A stretch of 64,000 nt of DNA from a virus, in IMG/VR virus record IMGVR_UViG_3300037070_005035, positions 4,261 through 68,260 of that record; one strand, 5' to 3'. Shown piece after piece: positions 56,361 through 64,000 of the stretch. The stretch's first letter is position 1; every line of letters begins with the position of its first letter. The translations under genes were made by a program, and so were the position numbers. Below the pieces are notes generated by a model that saw only the letters and a program-made list of their open reading frames with translations, made no database searches and was not told the DNA's origin.

Positions 56361-57290
56361 TTAAACCGCTGCCACATCGACGACGTTATCAAGTTCATCG
56401 AGCATGTATAAATCACTTTGGAAAAAGCACTGCTCTCCGGATATGGATGCCTCTAGTTTTACCAGATGCCAAGCATTAACTGGACCGACCAAGGCGTTGA
56501 TGTAGCCTGTTATATCCAGCTCCCAAAAGTAATTACCAGTGGTAAAGGTCACTGGCACTAACGAGACTGTCCCGGTGGCTGCCCGGAACTCCGGATGCGT
56601 CGGAGCGCTAAGATTCGGCCATATCCCGGAGAGTGTTACCTTGACTTCCGTAATGGTTGGCGAGACTTGGACTGGGAAGGAGCTTTGCACGCCGCGCAGC
56701 CTCCGTTCCGTGACTGGTCGCACCGGGACCATGAACATATTGGCCACAAAGTCAGTCAGCCGCGGGAAGCTGTAGTCACTGACCAGCCAGCTTCCAAAGC
56801 CGGCTGCCATATTGGTTTCCGTAAATCCCAGCAGCGTTTCGTCTTCCGGCTCTGGCCCACTCCATTGCGAGCTGTAATTCTTGTACAGACCAATCGGATG
56901 AGTCGGCACGTCAGGCTCGTCCGGCGGGCAGCAGAACGGGAAGGCCATAAAGCGACCTGTTGTCCATTCCCGGTGGACTGGAATTGGCCGATCCGCCAGG
57001 GCCTTGAAGTCCAGGAAGTTGTAGACCTTCGTCGTGTAGAGCTGGACGAACATACTGCCAGAGTAGTGATAGATCTTGGCATCCCCGGAAACCGGCATGA
57101 TCGATGTCGGGCCGATCGTGGCCGCCGCGATATCAGCCAGGGGCATGGCGATATACATATCATCCCGTCGCAAATTGCCGGTTAGTCGATCCTGCTGCCC
57201 CTCCACGATTGCCAGTCGCGATCTGAGGTTGGCAATAGCTTCACCCAGGCGGTTGGCGGTCTCTTGGCTGAACAGTCCTAGCTCGGGCAT
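56361..57290 (-). CDS. Tail-tip protein (putative)
   Basis: Second gene after tape measure. Confidence 0.5.
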   Translation of the reverse strand: MPELGLFSQETANRLGEAIANLRSRLAIVEGQQDRLTGNLRRDDMYIAMPLADIAAATIGPTSIMPVSGDAKIYHYSGSMFVQLYTTKVYNFLDFKALADRPIPVHREWTTGRFMAFPFCCPPDEPDVPTHPIGLYKNYSSQWSGPEPEDETLLGFTETNMAAGFGSWLVSDYSFPRLTDFVANMFMVPVRPVTERRLRGVQSSFPVQVSPTITEVKVTLSGIWPNLSAPTHPEFRAATGTVSLVPVTFTTGNYFWELDITGYINALVGPVNAWHLVKLEASISGEQCFFQSDLYMLDELDNVVDVAAV

Positions 57291-58453
57291 TACGGTGGTA
57301 GTATCAGTGGAAAGAGACCAAGGGCGGCGTCTTGGAAATTAGATGTTGGCAATCGCCAGCGCAGGTAATACTGCACATCCGCAAAGGCCGGAATTGGCTG
57401 GCCGTTCAGGTCGAGATTGAATTCCTCGCCGGTATGACCGTCTCGCTCGATCGGTTTTTGGGGCGGCACTCCGGCAGGCAATGGGGTAGCTGGAATCGTT
57501 CCTCCGAAGCCATCTGGTTGACTCGGGCCGGCATTGCGCATCTTGCCGGCATTGGCAATATCAAAATACCAGCCGCTCGGCCTGTAGAGCATGATGTATT
57601 TCTTTTCCCAGTAGAGCCTGGTCTGCTCCCCAGCGCTTGTTCGCCAGCGGCGCTGCTTCAGCTCCTTGGTAACAGAAGTCAGCTTGAGCGTATGCTTTTT
57701 GAAGTTCTGCTTGAACAATTGTGTTGTCGATAAGTCGAACAACAAGTCCTCGTGATTGATTGTGTTTTTGTAGCAAGCGGCGTCATCCGCCTCTAAAACA
57801 CTGGCTGAGAATTTCGTCAATGTGATCTCGTCATCAATGCGATCAATTTCAGGCGGTCGTTCAAATAGCGTTCCGGCGGAGTTCTTGATCGCGGTGCATT
57901 CGCCTTTCGTTAGGACCACAGAGGCGTTACTGACGTTGCTCAAGCTTCCATCCGCGATTTCAGTTAGACATGCCTTGCAACTATTGGTATCCAAATCGAC
58001 GAACGCCCCTAGGAAAATCAGACTACTGGCGCCCATGGATCGCGATACTTCTCGAATTGTAATCCGCGGTTCCCATTCCAATGGGTCCTGCTTGTCTTCG
58101 CCAGTTGGCGGTTCGTTGCCAGCGGCCCGTTCAGTGTCGTACTTGATCGTGACATCCCGGAATGGCACTAGCTCATCATCGCATTCGAGATCGCCAATCT
58201 CGATGGTTTTGATAAAGGCGGTTATGTCTGGGTCGTCTGAATCAAAGCCGGAATAGTCGTTGTTTATCGGCAAAAACGGCGCTGCGGGAATTGCTAGATG
58301 CGTCAGGAGCTTGTTTGGTGACAGGGCTTCGCGATCATTGGCATCGTCATAGCACTGGATCACAACCGTATATTCGGTCGAATTGCCACCAGTTCCACCG
58401 CTGCCAACCTTCTCCATGCCTGTCAGTGATCGCAAGGTGCGCTTAATCGCCAT
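57290..58453 (-). CDS. Distal tail/hub protein (putative)
   Basis: Follows tape measure; IKNSAG..FERPPE...LDLNG motif. Confidence 0.55.
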   Translation of the reverse strand: MAIKRTLRSLTGMEKVGSGGTGGNSTEYTVVIQCYDDANDREALSPNKLLTHLAIPAAPFLPINNDYSGFDSDDPDITAFIKTIEIGDLECDDELVPFRDVTIKYDTERAAGNEPPTGEDKQDPLEWEPRITIREVSRSMGASSLIFLGAFVDLDTNSCKACLTEIADGSLSNVSNASVVLTKGECTAIKNSAGTLFERPPEIDRIDDEITLTKFSASVLEADDAACYKNTINHEDLLFDLSTTQLFKQNFKKHTLKLTSVTKELKQRRWRTSAGEQTRLYWEKKYIMLYRPSGWYFDIANAGKMRNAGPSQPDGFGGTIPATPLPAGVPPQKPIERDGHTGEEFNLDLNGQPIPAFADVQYYLRWRLPTSNFQDAALGLFPLILPP

Positions 58454-58456
58454 TCG

Positions 58457-60463
58457 TTACAGCCCTGGAATAAGAAGGTCAACAAGGTTGAGAGCCACGC
58501 TCGCGCGTTCACTGGGCTTGGTCACCAACTTGGCAACTCCAGCAGCGATATTCTCCAAGGCAATAAAGCTATCTCGTTGCACATTGAGTTGCTGGTGCTC
58601 CACGGCGAGTTGCTGATTTTGGGCATTCGCGGAAATTCTGGCCTGTAGGGATCGTTCTTCCACAGAGCCACGCAAGACGGCATCCGGAGCTTCAACCAGA
58701 CCTCGCCTGGCTTGCTGAGCGAATGCTTGACCAGCCACTCCAGCGCCTTCGGTCAGAAATGCGATTGCTTGCCTGATTCCACGCACCAATGGATTAGCGA
58801 TGTTATTGAAGATCCTCTCGGTATTGAATTCAGCCATCGCTGCTGGAATGTTTGTACGCAACTTGGTTTCTAGTTTATCTATCAAGTCTTGGTTTGCTTT
58901 AATATCGTCGCGATTCTTTTCATTCGTGTCGTCCTGTATTCTCTTCAAATTACCTGCCAGCCGCTCCAGTTCTGGCAATAACAATCTTTCAAGAAATCCG
59001 GTTGATTGAATATTCAAAAACTCAATGAAATTCGTTCTAAGTTCGTTTAACTTACTCTGTGCCTTTAAGATCGCTTGATCGAACTTAAGGCCAATCAAGT
59101 CTGTGGCATCACCAAGATTTGTCATAAGACCAACGGCAAATGAAATCGCTTGATTGAAAGTGTCAATCCTGGTCACCCCAAAGCTGTCCTTGATAAATCT
59201 ATTCACGTTCTTTAGCACTGGACTAGCCAACTCCCTAGCCTTGTTTAAAACGCTCACAAACGCAGCTACGCCAATCGTGTTGACCGTTATCATAAAGCTC
59301 ACCATCGTCTCCAAGCCACTTGCAGCCGCATTAAATGCCGCCTTCAGACTAGTCCCATTTCTAGATATCGCGGCAGTCGCGACTTGTAGGATGGAGACTA
59401 GATTCGCCACTGCCGCCCGGATCTTTTCAATACCACCCACTTGCTGAAACGCATTGACGAGCGTCTCGACAAATTTCACAACAGGCGCTGCCACCAGAGA
59501 AGCCAATGTCGCCCGGACCTCGTCGAAGCGATTGCGAAGGGCGTTTAACCTCCCCTCCAGGCGGGCTGATGCCCTGCCTGCCTCGTTACCGAAAGTTCGG
59601 ATCAGTTCGGCGGAAAAGACCTTCCCGAATTCCTGAGCGGTAATCTGGCCGGTTTTTGTCAGTTGTTCTAGACGTGCCGTCGTGACGCCAAAGGCCCTGG
59701 CCGCAATGGCCACCGCTCCTGGCAGGGCTTCACCCAACTGCCCACGAAGCTCCTCGGCCGTTAGTCGGCCTTTAGAAAAGACTTGTTCCAATGCCTTGAA
59801 TGAATTCTTCGCCTCTTCGGGTGATCTGGATAGCACCACGATAGCGGAGGCCATGCCGCGAAACAGATCCTGGGTTTCCCTGACTGTCGCACCGGTTTGA
59901 AGCATGGAGGCCGAGAGTGTGGAGAATTGTCGAGCTGAATCAACCGCCACTAGTCCTAGGTCGCTGGCTAATTTATTGACGAACTCGATTTGCGATTGGG
60001 TATCACGGCCAAACGCGAATCTCATGGTGGCATTAATTCGCTCCATGGCGATTTGAAACTGGACCAAGTTTCGCACGGCTAGGCCACCAAAAACTAAAGC
60101 GATTTGCGGAGCAAATGCGATTAGTTGTCGTAGCCCCTGAACTACAGCCAGTATCGGAGAGAATAGCCCTCTTAATCCTTCACCGAGTGCCCGGAAGGGA
60201 AGAAGTATGATTTGCTGGGCAAGTTGTCGGATGGTAATGAACAAGGCCGACATGGCGATTCTGAATGGAGCTAAAGGCACCTGTGCGATAGCCGAACCGA
60301 GTCGACGAAATGCGTTATTGGCATTGTTGATGGCGCCACGTGGAACGCCGATATCAAGATTGGTCTTAGCTGATGCAAGACGGTTTCTTAATGCCGTTAG
60401 GTCGGCCCGCATCTTATCGGTCTTGAGCCTAACGGTTACAAATGCTTCCAGCAGTTCGAACAT
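58457..60463 (-). CDS. Tape measure protein
   Basis: 668 aa helical; ALEQVFSKGRLTAEELRGQLGEALPGA motif. Confidence 0.9.
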   Translation of the reverse strand: MFELLEAFVTVRLKTDKMRADLTALRNRLASAKTNLDIGVPRGAINNANNAFRRLGSAIAQVPLAPFRIAMSALFITIRQLAQQIILLPFRALGEGLRGLFSPILAVVQGLRQLIAFAPQIALVFGGLAVRNLVQFQIAMERINATMRFAFGRDTQSQIEFVNKLASDLGLVAVDSARQFSTLSASMLQTGATVRETQDLFRGMASAIVVLSRSPEEAKNSFKALEQVFSKGRLTAEELRGQLGEALPGAVAIAARAFGVTTARLEQLTKTGQITAQEFGKVFSAELIRTFGNEAGRASARLEGRLNALRNRFDEVRATLASLVAAPVVKFVETLVNAFQQVGGIEKIRAAVANLVSILQVATAAISRNGTSLKAAFNAAASGLETMVSFMITVNTIGVAAFVSVLNKARELASPVLKNVNRFIKDSFGVTRIDTFNQAISFAVGLMTNLGDATDLIGLKFDQAILKAQSKLNELRTNFIEFLNIQSTGFLERLLLPELERLAGNLKRIQDDTNEKNRDDIKANQDLIDKLETKLRTNIPAAMAEFNTERIFNNIANPLVRGIRQAIAFLTEGAGVAGQAFAQQARRGLVEAPDAVLRGSVEERSLQARISANAQNQQLAVEHQQLNVQRDSFIALENIAAGVAKLVTKPSERASVALNLVDLLIPGL

Positions 60464-60502
60464 ATCACTTATCCGTCAACTGACGTTATTGTTCTTACCC
60501 CG

Positions 60503-61164
60503 TCACTTATTTGGCTTAGGCAGCATCTGGAGCTGCTGAATCATCTGTTCCTTGGACAGCGCCGGTTGCTCGACCTTGACGGTCCAACCCATCAGCAGCC
60601 GCTTCTCGTACACATTCATCTTGCGGATTTCAGTTAGTGACAGCCCAAATTCAGAGGCCAGGACGGTATTCACCTCGTCGGGATGCAACCGGCGGGTGTC
60701 GCCCTTCTCCTTGGACTTGGGCGGTACTAGTTTTTTTCAGCTAGGTCGACCGCCTCCTGGCCTGACGAGAAGATGATATTCACCAGCTCACTGATATTCC
60801 GGTAGGATGAGATCACCTGACGAGCCTCCGCTTCGTTTTTGATCTCATCGCAGCAGTCGGTCAGCACGATGCAAAGGGCGTCCGTATCCATCGATTGCAT
60901 GGAGTCCACGGCTTCCGCCCAGCCGATCATGGAGGTCTGTTTGGAGTCCTCCATAATGCCGTGCATGGCCGCCTCCATTTGCTCCTTGTTCAACCCGGCA
61001 CCGGCGAAGTCCTTGATCAGCAGGCTCCGCTCCTCCCGCCGCTTGGATTTTACTAATGCCGCTAGTCTTTGGATCGTATAGTCCGAAAAGACGTTGGGCT
61101 TGATGTGGTAAATTTTCTCCTGACCATTGACTTGGACTTTGATAACTTCCCCGGTTGGCTCCAA
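60503..61164 (-). CDS. Tail assembly chaperone pair (G/GT) joined by -1 frameshift
   Basis: ORF 61164-60727 ends GAA AAA AAC TAG; heptamer A AAA AAC (60736-60730); -1 frame open to 60503. Confidence 0.8.
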
Positions 61165-61190
61165 AAATCACCTCCATGCGAATGAAAGAA

Positions 61191-61799
61191 TTACGGGACT
61201 TCAGGCGTGAATGCCGGGCACTCCGTATCCGGCAGATAAGGGCCGGCCGTCATTGCTATCGTGAAGCTCGCGGTGGCCACATCCTGATTCGTATTGTCGA
61301 TTCCGAAGCCAGGCGCATTGACCCTGCCACGGAATACGACACCAGCAGCGACCGCGGGACTAAAGCTAGGAATAGCACCAACGACATTGCCGACTTTTGT
61401 GCTGGCTGGATCAAGCTGATTTGCTCCTGTGCCAAAATCAGCGGCAGCCGCATTAGTATCAGGGGCCACACCAGCGGCTCCGGCGTTCAGGCAGTCGAAC
61501 CCCAGAAACCACCAGACCTCGCGACCACCGCTCATGACACGAGGGTCTGTCAGAAGGTTGCAAAACAGCCAGCCCTTATCCGGACAAAGAGTGGTTACAA
61601 CCTCGACCTCAAAGGATGTGCTTCCGCCGCAGAAAGCTTGTTCGATCTGATTGGTGTGACTGGTGACCTTCTTATTGGGCTCCGTCACATTGGCGGTGAT
61701 GTTCCAGCTATCGACATCGATAAGCTGGTCCCAGCCGGTGCCAGCGGCATTCTGGACCCAGACATTCGCACACCCTGGACAAATACAAGCAACAGCCAT
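61191..61799 (-). CDS. Major tail tube protein
   Basis: ATG 61799 after AAGGAGG; precedes chaperone and TMP; beta-rich. Confidence 0.7.
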   Translation of the reverse strand: MAVACICPGCANVWVQNAAGTGWDQLIDVDSWNITANVTEPNKKVTSHTNQIEQAFCGGSTSFEVEVVTTLCPDKGWLFCNLLTDPRVMSGGREVWWFLGFDCLNAGAAGVAPDTNAAAADFGTGANQLDPASTKVGNVVGAIPSFSPAVAAGVVFRGRVNAPGFGIDNTNQDVATASFTIAMTAGPYLPDTECPAFTPEVP

Positions 61800-61828
61800 G
61801 ATTCTTCCTCCTTGAAGAGCGAGATTCC

Positions 61829-62254
61829 TTAAATTGGATGCCGCAGCACGGCTCCATAAAGAACTTGAGTCACAAACACACCCTCGGCTGTTAGTATCGT
61901 ATTGGGCCACTGTGCCGAGTGGATACAGTAGCTGCCAATTCTTGTGAGTCGGCACGCTTTGTCCATCAGGACGGGCGTGATCAAAGCGGCAATTTCTCCA
62001 CCGCCTGATTTAATCTTATCGTACACCCTGATTCTGACTGATCCCGTACTATGCCAACAAGTATCGCCCAGCCTGCGGCCGCCATCAATCGGACGCAGGC
62101 CAATCACCAGGTACGGATGCACTGGATTGACCGCCATGTGAGTGAACACCGTGACCCCCACCGGCAGGACTGGTGTGATTCTCTCAACAACATCATCCTC
62201 AACAGTGCAGGGGCCGTCTTCATCGATTTCGCAGCCACAGTAAAGGATTGTCAC
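61829..62254 (-). CDS. Tail terminator protein (putative)
   Basis: PYLVI...VRIRVY pattern, position. Confidence 0.6.
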   Translation of the reverse strand: MTILYCGCEIDEDGPCTVEDDVVERITPVLPVGVTVFTHMAVNPVHPYLVIGLRPIDGGRRLGDTCWHSTGSVRIRVYDKIKSGGGEIAALITPVLMDKACRLTRIGSYCIHSAQWPNTILTAEGVFVTQVLYGAVLRHPI

Positions 62255-62673
62255 AGCACCCTGGCCTTATTGAAAATTTCAGCGGCGATGTCATCACGGT
62301 CCTCCAAGAACGAATCATCGATTCCCAGTCGTCCAGTATTTTCCTTGAGGTAATGGGCGTGCAATCCACCAATGTTATCAGGCACCCAGCGATTACCAAG
62401 AAACGGACGTGGAGTATTTCTTCCATAAACGCCAACTCGACCGACAGTTTCCACATTCTTCATATGGGCCGCGATGTTGTCCACGAGCTGTCCGGAATCG
62501 ATATGTGGAAACTCACCAGGCGAGCTAGTTGGAGGCGAAATAGCCTGACTGTATCTACCACGCATTCTATCGGCAGCTAGTTCCAAACCGGCCTGGATGC
62601 CAATCCGCATTCGTTTGTGAATCAATATCAGAAGCTTGGTGCTGTTATTATTCTTGATTTGCATGATTTTCAC
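62251..62673 (-). CDS. Neck/tail completion protein (HK97 gp10-like)
   Basis: SSPGEFPHIDSGQL motif. Confidence 0.65.
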   Translation of the reverse strand: MKIMQIKNNNSTKLLILIHKRMRIGIQAGLELAADRMRGRYSQAISPPTSSPGEFPHIDSGQLVDNIAAHMKNVETVGRVGVYGRNTPRPFLGNRWVPDNIGGLHAHYLKENTGRLGIDDSFLEDRDDIAAEIFNKARVL

Positions 62674-63264
62674 TTAGGCTCGCGGCCAGGGAACTTCCAC
62701 CGCCTCGACAATCGTCAAATGGGATTCATCGCCCGCCTGCGTCGTCTTGTCAACCTTGTAGATATTCGCACCGGCCTGGATGATATGCTCGTGGCCCAGT
62801 GACGGCACGGCATCGAAACAAAACTCGTAGCGGCGGTCGTTAAAGATTGATTCATTCCGCTCCGCCTTAGCAATTTCCATCAAATGCCAGGAAGCACCGA
62901 CGTTATTGTGGACGACCGATGTCGTTCGCTCGCCGTCGCACTCTTCGGCCTCCGCCAGCTCCAGGATATCAACGGTCGTCTTGCAGGCCGCCAGCTCCGC
63001 GCGCCTGAGCGTAATGTGCGACCAGTCCGCCATCTCCCAATACTTCATCTTGACGATCCACCACTCCTTGTCGTGAAAACTGGCCCGGCAGCCAGGCACC
63101 GCGGTATCATTCACGCAATACAGATAAGCACTGACCTCCTTGATCAGGCAACGTGGATCGTCTTTATCCGGGATCGAAAATGACGCACCGATCACCACGG
63201 GTCGTTCGATGCGATCGCCGCAGTAGGTGTCATAGCTCAAAGTTGCCGGCGTCGGACAGGGCAT
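62674..63264 (-). CDS. Head closure protein (putative)
   Basis: Position and beta-rich composition. Confidence 0.5.
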   Translation of the reverse strand: MPCPTPATLSYDTYCGDRIERPVVIGASFSIPDKDDPRCLIKEVSAYLYCVNDTAVPGCRASFHDKEWWIVKMKYWEMADWSHITLRRAELAACKTTVDILELAEAEECDGERTTSVVHNNVGASWHLMEIAKAERNESIFNDRRYEFCFDAVPSLGHEHIIQAGANIYKVDKTTQAGDESHLTIVEAVEVPWPRA

Positions 63265-63273
63265 GCGTCATCC

Positions 63274-63606
63274 TCATCTACAGAGACAAGCCCCGGCCTG
63301 GGCACGCGCGATAGCCCGCCAATCGGCACAATCATCCGGCACATTCAAGTCGCACCGCTCGACCGGTGTGGCACACCAATAAGCGCCTTCATTCGATCGC
63401 AGCTCCTTGATCGCCTCCAGCATGTACTTGAGTGATCGGCCAGTGTCGAAGTGCAGGCCATCGATTTGAGTGATGGTTGGATCGCGATTCGTGATGGCGC
63501 ACTTGATCGCGTCCTCCAGGATGGTCTGGAGAATCCGGGATCGGGCATTGTGGCAGTGTGTCGGCGGAGGAGGACAATCGGAGCAGCAGTCGTTAAGTAT
63601 GCTCAT
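63274..63606 (-). CDS. Head-tail connector (putative), Cys-rich
   Basis: PTITQIDG...YMLEAIKEL. Confidence 0.45.
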   Translation of the reverse strand: MSILNDCCSDCPPPPTHCHNARSRILQTILEDAIKCAITNRDPTITQIDGLHFDTGRSLKYMLEAIKELRSNEGAYWCATPVERCDLNVPDDCADWRAIARAQAGACLCR

Positions 63607-63609
63607 GTA

Positions 63610-64000
63610 TCACCATTGGAAAGTTGTGCAAACCTCACCCGGCCAGTCGGCACACTCGCCGCATTCTCCACCGGCCCCGGCCGCGCAGACACAAGCCCCG
63701 TATGATCCCTCGACGTCATGGTCGACTATCAATTCGTCCCAGACGGCGTCCGCGATAGCCAGGATGTCCCCGGGAGTAAGCACGCCACCGCCAGCCGCAC
63801 AGACGCATTCACCAAAGGTCCCGGCGGTGACGTGCCCGGCGATTGCCTCGTCCCAGACCAGGTCCGGCACGCCAGCCACGGCGGTCAATACGGAACTGAT
63901 GGATGCATTCAGATTTGTCCCGAGAATAAATCCGGCGGTACCGGCACCGTAGGCGCCCGGGAGAGGGGTCACCCAGGGATCGCCTCCGGCGCCAGTGTCT
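63610..64000 (-). CDS. Virion protein C-terminal part, paralogous to 145-1914; truncated by window end
   Basis: Frame open to window edge; GDPWVTPLPGAYGAGTAG, ADAVWDE repeats. Confidence 0.65.
   Translation of the reverse strand, partial: DTGAGGDPWVTPLPGAYGAGTAGFILGTNLNASISSVLTAVAGVPDLVWDEAIAGHVTAGTFGECVCAAGGGVLTPGDILAIADAVWDELIVDHDVEGSYGACVCAAGAGGECGECADWPGEVCTTFQW

Noticed and set aside
1-64000. tRNA or rRNA genes
   Set aside because: No cloverleaf with T-loop and CCA, and no rRNA-like segment, was recognised; a tRNAscan run would be needed to exclude them

Overview
The window is most of a circularly permuted, probably temperate, tailed phage genome (siphovirus-like), likely infecting a Planctomycete (PEP-CTERM/dockerin moron, planctomycete-type tyrosine integrase). 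Minus-strand virion genes lie at both ends: portal, protease/scaffold, Cys-rich major capsid, collagen and beta-helix fibres and putative lysis genes at 145-23.4 kb; neck, tail tube, frameshifting chaperone and tape measure at 56-64 kb. A plus-strand early/middle arm (30-56 kb) carries DUF932, a PD-(D/E)XK exonuclease, integrase, CsrA, terminase and an intein-split SF2 helicase. The main result is at 38.2-48.0 kb: 14 arrays of GAC-NN pentamers (about 320 units), each ending in a conserved ...GACTTGATTT tail, surround a lone 191-aa RAMP/Cas7-like gene, with no cas1/cas2 and no CRISPR array. When the variable NN dinucleotides are read as codon positions 1-2 (wobble base skipped), several arrays spell a diverged copy of a neighbouring gene (integrase, putative SSB, the RAMP gene itself and others), with synonymous and conservative differences. 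This suggests a phage-encoded RNA-guided system with a gapped code aimed at homologous genes of competing phages. All family assignments are by motif recognition and all alignments were done by hand; no database search was run.
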